DNA of 64,000 nt, from positions 7,759-71,758 of the forward strand of contig JAHEYP010000018.1 in the NCBI GenBank assembly GCA_023251535.1. The letters run 5' to 3'. The DNA comes from Bacteroidota bacterium. GTDB lineage: Bacteria; Bacteroidota; Bacteroidia; AKYH767-A; OLB10. The notes beneath the pieces are model-generated. The model was not told the origin of the DNA, did not search any database, and worked only from the letters and a program-made list of their open reading frames with translations. The translations under genes and the position numbers were made by a program. Below, in pieces: positions 48,001-56,790 of this stretch. Positions within the stretch are counted from its first letter, which is position 1. Every line of letters starts with the position of its first letter.

Positions 48001-51000
48001 CTACCTGCGGACAAGCAAATGGTTCAGTATCCGTTGTTGCTTCTGGTGGTACGGGTGCATTGTCATACTTATGGAATACCGGAGCTGTTACTACAACAGT
48101 TAACGGGCTTAGTGCGGCAACATATACTGTTACAGTAACCGATCAGAATAATTGTACAAGAACTGCTAATGCATCAGTAACATCGCTGAATGCACCAGTA
48201 ATAAATTCTTCGTCTGTAACGAATGTTTCATGTTTTAATGGAACAAATGGTAGTGTAGATATTACCGTATCTGGCGGAACTGGAACTTTAACTTATTTAT
48301 GGAGTAATGGTGACGTAACTCAAGATATATCATCATTGTCATCAAACACTTATACAGTAACTGTTACTGATGATAATAATTGTACTGTTACAGGTTCTTA
48401 TTTTGTTTCACAACTTTCAGCGATTTCATTGTCGGGTGTTGTAACAAATGTGGCTTGCTTTAATGGAACAAGTGGTAGTATCAATCTTTCAGTGACTGGT
48501 GGTAGTCCGGGATATACTTATTTGTGGAGTAACGGTTTTACAGGACAAGACCCAAGTTCATTAACTGCATCAACATATACTGTTACTGTTACCGATAATA
48601 ATTCTTGTACTTCATCAACTTCTTTTACAGTAACTCAGCCTACTGCTATCGCAATCTCGGGATCTGTAACTGATGTTCTATGCAACGGACAAGCTACAGG
48701 TGCAGTAGATGTAACTGTATCAGGAGGCACTTCACCTTATTCGTATGTATGGTCGAACGCTGCAATAACTCAAGATATCAGCAACGTAACAGCAAACTCT
48801 TATACAGTTACTGTTACTGACTTTAATTCGTGTAGCTCTAACTCAACTTTTGTTGTAAGTCAACCTACAGCAATTTCTACATCCTTCACTTCTGTTCAAC
48901 CAACATGTTCGAATAGCAATGGATCACTTACTGTCAATGCGTCGGGTGGAGTAGGTACTTATACTTACTTATGGAATACCGGAGCGGTTACAGCACAGAT
49001 CTCAAATATCGGAGCAGGAACGTACACGGTAACTGTAACTGATCAAAACAATTGTTCTATTGTAAGAACATCTTCTTTAACAGCAATAGCAGGACCTTCA
49101 ATTGCATCTATTATTCCAACAAATACTACATGCTTTAGCGGATCAAATGGATCAATCAATTTAACTACATCGGGAGGTACTGCACCATTAACTTATTTGT
49201 GGAGTAATTCAGCTGTTACGGAAGATATCACAGGATTGACTGCAGGTACTTATACTGTTACTGTAACTGATGATAATAATTGTACAGCAACAGCGAATGC
49301 AACAGTTGGTCAGCCAACACAAGTAAGCGGAACATTTACTCAAGTTCAACCTGTTTGTAATAATTCAAACGGAAGTCTTACTGTTAATGCAACAGGAGGT
49401 GCCGGAGGATATACTTACTTGTGGAATACTTCGTCTGTGTCGAATTCTATTTCAGGATTGGCGGTAGGTACATACACTGTTACCGTTACTGATGCAAATA
49501 GTTGTTCAAATACATTATCGTCAACTTTAACAGGTGTATCTGGACCAACAATTACTGTTACCAATGCAGTAAATGTTCAATGTAATGGTACATCAACAGG
49601 TGCAATTGATATTACAGTTTCAAACGGAACAGGACCATATTCATATTTATGGTCGACAAGTGCGATAACAGAAGATCTTATTAATATTCCGAATGGAACG
49701 TATACAGTAACAGTAACAGATGCGAATAACTGTACATCTGTAAAATCAATTACTATTACTCAACCTGCTTTCCTTTCTCTAGCTAATTTCTCTACAGTAA
49801 ATGCTACTTGTGGTCAAAGTAATGGAAGTGCTCAAGTAACTCCTACTGGTGGTGTAACACCTTATACTTATTTGTGGAATACTGGATCAGTTACGAATCA
49901 AATAACAAATGTTACTGCAGGTACTTATACAGTAACAGTAACTGATTTTAACGGTTGTACACGACGTAGAAATGTTGTTATATCCTTGGCAAATGGTCCG
50001 GTGATTAGTTTAATTTCTCAAACCGACGTTTCTTGCAACGGAGGAAATAATGGCGCAATCGATATTGATGTTATAGGAGGCACTTCGCCCTACAATTATA
50101 TTTGGACAAATAGCGCAGTCACTCAAGATGTAACTGGTCTCATTGCTGGTGTATATACAGTTCATGTAACTGATAATACCGGATGCTCTGATTCTGCTAC
50201 GTATACTATTGTTGAGCCTACAGCCATATCAATTACTCCAACCATTACTCCTGCCAGTTGCGGTACTGCAACGGGGGGTGTTTCACTCGTAGTATTAGGC
50301 GGTACTCCAACTTATTCTTATTTATGGAGTACAGGAGCTGTGACTTCGTCAATATCTTCAGTTGTAGCAGGTGATTATACTGTTACAGTAACAGATGCTC
50401 ATTCTTGTACTTCGCAAAATACTTATACAGTAACTACTTCTTCAGGACCATCAATAGTTGTTGATAGTACTTTCGATGCAAGATGTTATGGTGCTGCTAC
50501 CGGAAGAATTTATATTTCAGTAACAGGAGGAACAAGTCCTTTTAGTTATTTATGGAATGATGGTTCGGTTTCGCAAGATCGAACGGGATTAGCGGCAGGA
50601 ACTTATACTGTTACAGTAACTGATTTTAATACTTGTTCTGCATCGACTCAAATTACGATTGGACAAGCTACTTTAATTGTACCTTCTTTCACTGTGCAAA
50701 GTGCAAGTTGTAATCAGTCAAATGGTAGCATTACTGTTTCTGCAACTGGTGGTAATGGATCGTATTCGTATCTGTGGGAAACGGGCAGTGTTTCTAATCA
50801 GATTACAAACCAATTTGCAGGAGTATATTCTGTTACTGTTACAGACACTCGAGGATGTTCAGTTATTGATTCTGCTACAATTGATAATTCAGGACAAGCT
50901 TCAATTTTACTTTCAACACAAGTAAATCCACTTTGCTTTGGTTTAAATACTGGTCAGCTTACTGTTAGTGTTTCAGGAGGAGTTTCTCCTTATCAAATAC

Positions 51001-53954
51001 AATGGTCAAATGGAGATGTAGGTCTCACCGCTGATACTTTAACTGCAGGAACTTACACCGTTACTGTTACTGATCAATCTTCATGTAGTTCTCAAGCTTC
51101 ATTTACAATAACTCAGCCTGATGCTTTGACACTGCAATTAAATTCAATTAATGAACATTGCAATAAAGCAGATGGTTCAATTACAGTAAATGTTTCTGGT
51201 GGTACTGGTATTGATACTTATGTTTGGTCAACTTCAGCTATTACCAATCAAATTAACGCACTCGTTGCGGGTTCTTATACTGTTACAGTAACTGATCAGA
51301 ATAACTGCCAAGCTTCTTCTTCTGCTGTATTAATAAATATCGCAGCTCCTATAATCAATACTGTTTCTGTTGTTGATGCGAACTGTTATAATTCTGCCAG
51401 TGGTTCGGTTGATATCGATATTCAAGGTGGAACATCACCGTTTACCTATTTATGGTCGAACGGAAATGTTACTCAAGATTTGATATCAGTTGTTTCAGGA
51501 ACATATACTGTTACCGTTACCGATACTTTTGCTTGTTCAGCACAGTTTTCTTATTTCATTAATCAGCCAACTGAATTGTTATTGCAAGTTACTGTAGATG
51601 ACGCAGGATGCAATAATAATAATGGAAGTATTCAAGTTGTACCATCAGGTGGAGTAGGTCCTTATACTTATTTATGGTCTGATGGCTCAGTAAATGATAA
51701 TCTTCAAAACTTGTTTGCCGGCAGTTACACTGTTACTGTTAGCGATAGTCACTCTTGTTCAATTCAACAGATTATTACAGTTAATAATTTAAATGCAGCA
51801 GCAATTACACTCGATTCTTTAGTTGATGTCTCGTGTAATCTAGGTAATAATGGTGCAATCTATGTTAGTGTTGCAGGTGGAGCTTCTCCTTATGCTTATC
51901 TGTGGTCTGATAATTCATTCAATGAAGACTTAGTTAATGTCCCTGCAGGAATTTATACTTTAACTGTAAGCGACAATAACGGTTGTGTGTCGGTTTATAC
52001 AGATACTATAAGTGAACCTTTACCATTAGCTGTTAACGGTGCTGTAACCGATGCCAAATGTGGATTAGATAATGGTATTGTAACTGTAACTCCTTCGGGT
52101 GGTACTTCTCCATATACATTCTTGTGGAGTACTTCTGCATCCTCTTCAACTATTTCGTCACTCGCTGCCGGTGATTACACTATAACGGTAACGGATGACA
52201 GAAACTGTAGTGTTGTAGATACTTTCACCGTTATAAATACAGGGAATCCTGCTATTGCGTTAGTCGCAATTGATAGCGTTTCGTGTAACGGATTAACTGA
52301 TGGAGCAATTGATATTGATGTCAATGGAGGAGTTGGACCATATTCATATACTTGGATAGGTACCAGTCAAGTTTCACAAGACATTACAGGATTGCAAGCT
52401 GGAGGATATTCAGTAATTGTGACTGATTTCGTTGGTTGTACTTCTACTAATTCGTATACAGTATATCAACCATCAGCAATTAATATTTCTTTTCCTCAAT
52501 TAACAAACGCTGCTTGCGGAAGTAATAATGGTTCTATCATTGTAGCAGTAAGTGGAGGAGATCCCGGATATAACTTGCTTTGGTCTAATGGATCAATTAA
52601 TGATACGATTTCTAATTTGGGTGCAGGAAGCTACACTGTTACTGTAACAGATCAACGTGGCTGTACAAAAACTTCTCAGGCTAATATCAGCAATATCTCA
52701 GGTCCTTCTATTGCTTCTGTCGATTCAGCAAATGTTAGCTGTCCCGGATTAAATGATGGGTTTATCACTATCTCAGTTACCGGAGGAACAGCGCCATATA
52801 CTTATTCTTGGAATACACTTCCTGATGTAACACCTTCTGTTACTAATTTATCGGGTGGTACATATACTGTAACAGTAAAAGATGCATTAAACTGTGTCGT
52901 ATTACGTTCTGTGACAATCACAGCTCCTAATCCAATTGCTGTTAATTCGGTAATACCGCAGAAAAATCCTCCTTATAATTTAACGTGTTTCGAAAGTGCC
53001 GATGGTGATATTTTCTTGAGTGTGTCCGGCGGAACTGCGCCATATGGCTTTGTTTGGAGTAACGGAAGTATATCACAGAATATATCTGGCTTAGTAGCAA
53101 GTACGTATACTGTATTTATTACAGATGCAAATGGATGTTCTTCTAGTTCAAATTATACTTTAACTGAACCTCCTCAACTGATAGCAAATGCAGGAACTGA
53201 TTTTAATGTTTGCGGCGAAACAGTTGCAACTATGAATGCAAATGTTCCTACTTACGGTATCGGAAGTTGGAGTGTGCTAGGCGGACAAGGAAGTATTTTA
53301 TTTAATGATTCTACATCTGCAACTACTCTAGTTTCGAATTTGCCACAGGGGGATAATACTTTTGTATGGACAGTTACCGATGGTGTATGTTTGGCAAATG
53401 CTCAGGTGCTTGTTTCTGTAACTTCTGCCATTCAAGCAATCGCTGGTATTGATAGAAAAGTTTGTGATGGTGAAATTAATTTAAATGCTACTCGTCCTCA
53501 GTTTGGTGATGGCTATTGGATTACTTTCTCTCCAGGGGTAGTTATTGAAGATTCTTCTAAAGCATTCTCGCATGTTACGAATTTGAATTATGGTAATAAT
53601 ATTTTCCAATGGACTGTTATTAATGGAACATGCCGTGATTCTGCTTCAGTAAATATTTACAGAAAAGATTCGCTTGAATGCTTGTCTAAAATTCAATTGC
53701 CTAACGCCTTCTCGCCGAATAGCGATGGCTTCAACGACTATTTTGTTGTTAAAGGAATCGAAGATTATATCAAAAATGATTTCATTGTTTATAATCGATG
53801 GGGAATTGTGGTGTATGAAAAATCAAGTTATCAGAATACCTGGAATGGAGTAGGTGATGATGGTAATCCGTTGCCTGACGGTACGTACTTTATTTTGCTT
53901 AAAATAGATGCTCAGGAAAAAGTGTATAAAACTTATGTAGATCTGCGACGATGA
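45081..53954 (+). CDS. Giant SprB-repeat cell-surface adhesin (2957 aa) with a T9SS type-B C-terminal domain
   Basis: About 35 tandem SprB-type 75-aa repeats start immediately after the signal region; alternative ATG 45150 gives MSLSWTFIALLPLLF. Two PKD-like modules follow. The C-terminus LPNAFSPNSDGFNDYFVVKGIEDY...FIVYNRWGIVVY...DGTYFILL... is a type-B CTD. The stop codon overlaps the start of the downstream SprF gene. Confidence 0.85.
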   Translation: MDFILLLETIMIRIIHKGPIRRFMSLSWTFIALLPLLFSTSLYASNFVKGDNTLQPPPITSLNFITSDFNGYGVSCNGSADGSIDLTVIGGVAPYTYVWSNGEVTEDISGLIAGTYTVTVTDFNGDILSSSADITEPDVIQLSSSLTDVLCFNGNSGSIDLTVTGGVAGYSYLWSNASLSEDISSLVAGDYSVTVTDANNCTAQSTFTIAEPSELILSATVSDITCFGGNDGTIDLTVTGGTSNYTYEWSNGEVSEDLIDLIAGDYTITVTDANNCIVNEVYTLTEPTIINIQGAISNVSCFNGTNGGVNITVTGGTGAYTYLWSNGAITEDLSSLIAGTYTVTVTDANNCTSSNSFTVSQPALLNLSGAASAVTCFGGSNGSVNITVSGGTTNYSYQWSNSTSSEDLTNVVAGTYTVTVTDANNCTATNGYVVTQPTALALSGTATNIPCFGGTNGSINLIVSGGTTTYSYLWSNGAVTEDLSALSAGSYTVTVTDANNCTSNRSFTITQPSAINISGITTAVACNGASTGAVNITVAGGIPAYTYQWSNSAFTEDISNVAANTYTVTVTDANNCSSNRSFIVTQPTAINISGVTTAVACNGASTGAVNITVSGGTPSYTYQWSNSVFTEDITNVAAGSYTVTVTDFNNCTATNVYTVTQPTALNLSGSATAVSCFGGTSGSVNITVSGGTTNYSFLWSNGASTEDLSSVAAGTYTVTVTDANNCTISNSFTVTQPTALSVSVNTTAGSCNLANGAAAAVVNGGTPTYSYLWNTGAVTSSISNLLSGTYTVTVTDSKGCTSSNSGTVSNSGSLTISPIVVTNVSCNGGSNGAIDISVSGGVGPYTYLWSNLALSQDISGLTAGTYSVTVTDLSLCVTTASAVVTQPSVITLTPTISNVSCNNGANGSIQLSVNGGTSPYSFLWNTGSVSQNVSSLAAGTYTVTVTDFNNCTITQSFTITQPTAISATASSTQATCGQANGSVSVVASGGTGALSYLWNTGAVTTTVNGLSAATYTVTVTDQNNCTRTANASVTSLNAPVINSSSVTNVSCFNGTNGSVDITVSGGTGTLTYLWSNGDVTQDISSLSSNTYTVTVTDDNNCTVTGSYFVSQLSAISLSGVVTNVACFNGTSGSINLSVTGGSPGYTYLWSNGFTGQDPSSLTASTYTVTVTDNNSCTSSTSFTVTQPTAIAISGSVTDVLCNGQATGAVDVTVSGGTSPYSYVWSNAAITQDISNVTANSYTVTVTDFNSCSSNSTFVVSQPTAISTSFTSVQPTCSNSNGSLTVNASGGVGTYTYLWNTGAVTAQISNIGAGTYTVTVTDQNNCSIVRTSSLTAIAGPSIASIIPTNTTCFSGSNGSINLTTSGGTAPLTYLWSNSAVTEDITGLTAGTYTVTVTDDNNCTATANATVGQPTQVSGTFTQVQPVCNNSNGSLTVNATGGAGGYTYLWNTSSVSNSISGLAVGTYTVTVTDANSCSNTLSSTLTGVSGPTITVTNAVNVQCNGTSTGAIDITVSNGTGPYSYLWSTSAITEDLINIPNGTYTVTVTDANNCTSVKSITITQPAFLSLANFSTVNATCGQSNGSAQVTPTGGVTPYTYLWNTGSVTNQITNVTAGTYTVTVTDFNGCTRRRNVVISLANGPVISLISQTDVSCNGGNNGAIDIDVIGGTSPYNYIWTNSAVTQDVTGLIAGVYTVHVTDNTGCSDSATYTIVEPTAISITPTITPASCGTATGGVSLVVLGGTPTYSYLWSTGAVTSSISSVVAGDYTVTVTDAHSCTSQNTYTVTTSSGPSIVVDSTFDARCYGAATGRIYISVTGGTSPFSYLWNDGSVSQDRTGLAAGTYTVTVTDFNTCSASTQITIGQATLIVPSFTVQSASCNQSNGSITVSATGGNGSYSYLWETGSVSNQITNQFAGVYSVTVTDTRGCSVIDSATIDNSGQASILLSTQVNPLCFGLNTGQLTVSVSGGVSPYQIQWSNGDVGLTADTLTAGTYTVTVTDQSSCSSQASFTITQPDALTLQLNSINEHCNKADGSITVNVSGGTGIDTYVWSTSAITNQINALVAGSYTVTVTDQNNCQASSSAVLINIAAPIINTVSVVDANCYNSASGSVDIDIQGGTSPFTYLWSNGNVTQDLISVVSGTYTVTVTDTFACSAQFSYFINQPTELLLQVTVDDAGCNNNNGSIQVVPSGGVGPYTYLWSDGSVNDNLQNLFAGSYTVTVSDSHSCSIQQIITVNNLNAAAITLDSLVDVSCNLGNNGAIYVSVAGGASPYAYLWSDNSFNEDLVNVPAGIYTLTVSDNNGCVSVYTDTISEPLPLAVNGAVTDAKCGLDNGIVTVTPSGGTSPYTFLWSTSASSSTISSLAAGDYTITVTDDRNCSVVDTFTVINTGNPAIALVAIDSVSCNGLTDGAIDIDVNGGVGPYSYTWIGTSQVSQDITGLQAGGYSVIVTDFVGCTSTNSYTVYQPSAINISFPQLTNAACGSNNGSIIVAVSGGDPGYNLLWSNGSINDTISNLGAGSYTVTVTDQRGCTKTSQANISNISGPSIASVDSANVSCPGLNDGFITISVTGGTAPYTYSWNTLPDVTPSVTNLSGGTYTVTVKDALNCVVLRSVTITAPNPIAVNSVIPQKNPPYNLTCFESADGDIFLSVSGGTAPYGFVWSNGSISQNISGLVASTYTVFITDANGCSSSSNYTLTEPPQLIANAGTDFNVCGETVATMNANVPTYGIGSWSVLGGQGSILFNDSTSATTLVSNLPQGDNTFVWTVTDGVCLANAQVLVSVTSAIQAIAGIDRKVCDGEINLNATRPQFGDGYWITFSPGVVIEDSSKAFSHVTNLNYGNNIFQWTVINGTCRDSASVNIYRKDSLECLSKIQLPNAFSPNSDGFNDYFVVKGIEDYIKNDFIVYNRWGIVVYEKSSYQNTWNGVGDDGNPLPDGTYFILLKIDAQEKVYKTYVDLRR
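45290..53170 (+). repeat. In-frame tandem array of about 35 SprB-type repeats of roughly 225 nt, alternating two sub-types
   Basis: Recurrent YTVTVTDxNNC motif. The sub-types are CFNG..G..I..V.GG and TCGQ/CxNSNGS. Adjacent units 46621-46845 and 46846-47070 are far more similar to each other than the other units are. Confidence 0.8.
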
Positions 53955-54880
53955 AAAAAATATTACTCACGTCTTTTTTACTGTTACAATCGTCATTTTT
54001 GCTAATGGCGCAACAGGCTCCGTTGGTAAGCCATTATATGTTTAATAGCTTATTGATAAATCCTGCTTATGCCGGAAGTAAAGAATATGTAAGCGCAACA
54101 TTGTTGTATCGTAAACAATGGGCGGGATTAGAAGGTGCTCCTGTAACGTATTCAGGAAGTGTTCATGGATTGTTTAAAAAACAGAAATTAGGATTAGGCG
54201 CATTTATACAACAGGATAAAATTGGTGTTACTAAACAGACTGATGCTTATGCGTCGGCTGCTTATCATTTGTCGGTTGGCGATGTTGGAAAACTTAGCGT
54301 AGGATTGCAAATGGGCGTTACTAGTTTTAGTTCTGATGTTGTTCAGTTAACGTATTGGGATCCGGGCGACAAAGTGTTTGATTATAATTCATTCACAAGT
54401 TTGCTTCCGAATGCAGGACTAGGCGTCTATTATTATCGTCCTTTGTTTTATGCAGGATTGTCCGCTCCTTATTTGTTAAGCTATGATGCAAATCAATCCG
54501 GCTCAGTTAGTTCTTCAAAACCTGTTCATCATCAAGATCGTCGATTTTATGCTACAGTAGGTGGCGTTATTGAATCTGAATACGATGTTAAATTTAAACC
54601 TTCGGTTTTAGTTCGAAGTGAGGGAAATACTCCTTTGCAGTTCGATTTAAATATGAATGTCTTGATTAACGATATATTCTGGATCGGTGCTTCTTATAGA
54701 TCAAACGATGCTATAGTGGCGCTCCTCGAATATCAAGTGAATCGTAAATTCCGAATCGGATATTCGTACGATTATACCCTAAGTGAAATTGGCAACTATA
54801 ATTCAGGATCCCATGAAGTAATGTTGGGATATGATTTTGGTTATCCTGTAGTTAAAATGAAATCTCCCCGTTACTTTTAG
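53951..54880 (+). CDS. PorP/SprF-family T9SS membrane protein, cognate of the adjacent type-B cargo
   Basis: Signal peptide and the family motif MFNSLLINPAYAGSKEY...YRKQWAGLEGAP. The ATGA start overlaps the adhesin stop. Confidence 0.85.
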   Translation: MKKILLTSFLLLQSSFLLMAQQAPLVSHYMFNSLLINPAYAGSKEYVSATLLYRKQWAGLEGAPVTYSGSVHGLFKKQKLGLGAFIQQDKIGVTKQTDAYASAAYHLSVGDVGKLSVGLQMGVTSFSSDVVQLTYWDPGDKVFDYNSFTSLLPNAGLGVYYYRPLFYAGLSAPYLLSYDANQSGSVSSSKPVHHQDRRFYATVGGVIESEYDVKFKPSVLVRSEGNTPLQFDLNMNVLINDIFWIGASYRSNDAIVALLEYQVNRKFRIGYSYDYTLSEIGNYNSGSHEVMLGYDFGYPVVKMKSPRYF

Positions 54881-54882
54881 TT

Positions 54883-56790
54883 ATGAAGTCTAGTTTGCGT
54901 TTTCTGTTATTTGTGTGCTGCGTAGTGTCGCTTCATTCTTGCGTTAGTGTTCGTTTGCGTACCGCTAATGAAAATTACGTGCAGTCGGCTTATGCACCTG
55001 CTGCTGAGGATTATGAATATGTTCTCACTAAACGTCAGGATAGAGATGCTATTATTAACGTAGCTGACTGTTACTATCAAATGGGTAATAGCTATAAAGC
55101 GGAATTTTGGTACCGTCGTGCTGTTAAATTGCCTGAAGCAAAATTAGAATGGAACTATTTTCTTGGAGAGTCACTAATTAAAAATGGTAAATACGAGGAA
55201 GCTAAAACTTATCTTTCTACTTATTGCGAATTGAATAAAACAGATTATCGCGCTCAAAATATGTTGAATGCATGCGATAGTGTTTCAGTTTATTATCGCG
55301 ATACTACTTTGTTTACGGTAACCCCTCTCCGTTATAATGCTCCTGGAATTAATGTGCTTAGCCCATCGATTTATCGTAGCGGCATCGTTTTTCTTTCGGA
55401 CATGAATTATAAAGGATTAAGTAAAACGTTGTCTGATTGGACGGGCAAACGTTACCTCGACTTGTTCTTTGCCAAGAAAACTGATCGCGGAAATTGGTTG
55501 GATCCTGAACCTCTTCGCGGATCTGTTAACGGTAGATTTAATGAAGGTCCCGTGGCATTTACACGCGATTTTAATACAATGTATTTCACTCGCAATAATT
55601 ACTTGAGTAATAAAGTCGAAAAAAATAAACGTAATGATAATGTCCTAAAAATATTTCGTGCCGATTTCGTTAATGGCGAATGGAATATTGTTGGGGATAT
55701 TAATATGACTAGTGGCGATTTTTCTGTGGGACATCCTACATTGAATAGCACTGGTGATGTAATGTTCTTTGTTTCTAATATGCCTTGGGGATACGGTGGC
55801 ACCGATATCTATTCTTCTAAGAAGATTGGTAGTTCCTGGTCGGAGCCAGTAAATATTGGTAAAGGTGTAAATACTGATGGAAATGAAATGTTTCCTTTCT
55901 TGTATAATGATAGTACTTTGTATTTCTCGACTGATGGTCGTGGTGGTTTAGGCGGACTCGATATATTCGAATCTAAATTTAAAAATGGCGAATGGTCTAC
56001 ACCGTTTAATATGGGTGCTCCTGTAAATTCGCCTCAAGATGACTTTAGTTTTATTCTAGATTCTACAGGATTAAATGGCTACTTCTCTAGCGGACGTGGT
56101 TCCGGAAACGATAAGATTTATAGTTTCTTAATGAACCCACCTAGATTATTAGTGAATGTTAAAATTAGCGATCAACAATCGCATGCATTAATATCAGGTG
56201 CAACGTTAAGTGTTGTAAAAGACGGAAAAGTTTTCCGTTCTGTTAGTTCAGATGGTTCAGGATACATGAAAGTGTTAGTTGAACCCGGACATAATTATGA
56301 TTTCGTTTGCGATCATCATGACTTCTATCTTCGTAAAGCTTCTGTTTCTACTGAAGGAAAAAGATTCTCAGATACACTTTCGGTTAGTATTGACTTGAAG
56401 AAAGTAGTACTTAATAAACCTTTTATATGGTACGGAATTGCGTTCAAGAAAAAGGATTTTCAAATTAAAACTTCTGCAACGGAAGCGCTCGATTTATTGC
56501 TGAATTTGTTGAAGGAAAATCCTCGTTTGGAAGTTGAAATCGGATCATATACTGATAGCCGTGGTACTGATGCCGATAATTTAAGATTGACTCAGTCTCG
56601 TGCTGATTTTGTTGTGAAGTATTTAACCGATCGCGGATTAAATCCTTCTCGTTTTGTTGCAAAAGGGTATGGTGAATCGAAGTTGTTGAATAATTGTGTG
56701 AATGGTTTATTGTGTATCGAAGAAGAGCACGAAACAAATAACCGTATCGAAATTACCGTAAAGAGTATTTCCGAAGTTAGCATAAAATGA
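54883..56790 (+). CDS. OmpA-family outer-membrane protein with PorE-like architecture (TPR - beta-propeller - CRD-like - OmpA_C), paralog of 19426-21579
   Basis: 635 aa with a lipoprotein-like signal (LHSC), TPR-like N-terminus, propeller blades (FFVSNMPWGYGGTDIY, LYFSTDGRGGLGGLDIF), and a C-terminal OmpA motif GSYTDSRGTDADNLRLTQSRA...NNRIEI. Confidence 0.75.
   Translation: MKSSLRFLLFVCCVVSLHSCVSVRLRTANENYVQSAYAPAAEDYEYVLTKRQDRDAIINVADCYYQMGNSYKAEFWYRRAVKLPEAKLEWNYFLGESLIKNGKYEEAKTYLSTYCELNKTDYRAQNMLNACDSVSVYYRDTTLFTVTPLRYNAPGINVLSPSIYRSGIVFLSDMNYKGLSKTLSDWTGKRYLDLFFAKKTDRGNWLDPEPLRGSVNGRFNEGPVAFTRDFNTMYFTRNNYLSNKVEKNKRNDNVLKIFRADFVNGEWNIVGDINMTSGDFSVGHPTLNSTGDVMFFVSNMPWGYGGTDIYSSKKIGSSWSEPVNIGKGVNTDGNEMFPFLYNDSTLYFSTDGRGGLGGLDIFESKFKNGEWSTPFNMGAPVNSPQDDFSFILDSTGLNGYFSSGRGSGNDKIYSFLMNPPRLLVNVKISDQQSHALISGATLSVVKDGKVFRSVSSDGSGYMKVLVEPGHNYDFVCDHHDFYLRKASVSTEGKRFSDTLSVSIDLKKVVLNKPFIWYGIAFKKKDFQIKTSATEALDLLLNLLKENPRLEVEIGSYTDSRGTDADNLRLTQSRADFVVKYLTDRGLNPSRFVAKGYGESKLLNNCVNGLLCIEEEHETNNRIEITVKSISEVSIK

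Noticed and set aside
45290-53170. The highly periodic DNA of about 225 nt, which could be mistaken for a CRISPR or other non-coding tandem array
   Set aside because: The repeats are in frame and protein-coding (SprB-type domain repeats). Adjacent units are only 50 to 85% identical rather than exact, and there are no unique spacers or cas genes.
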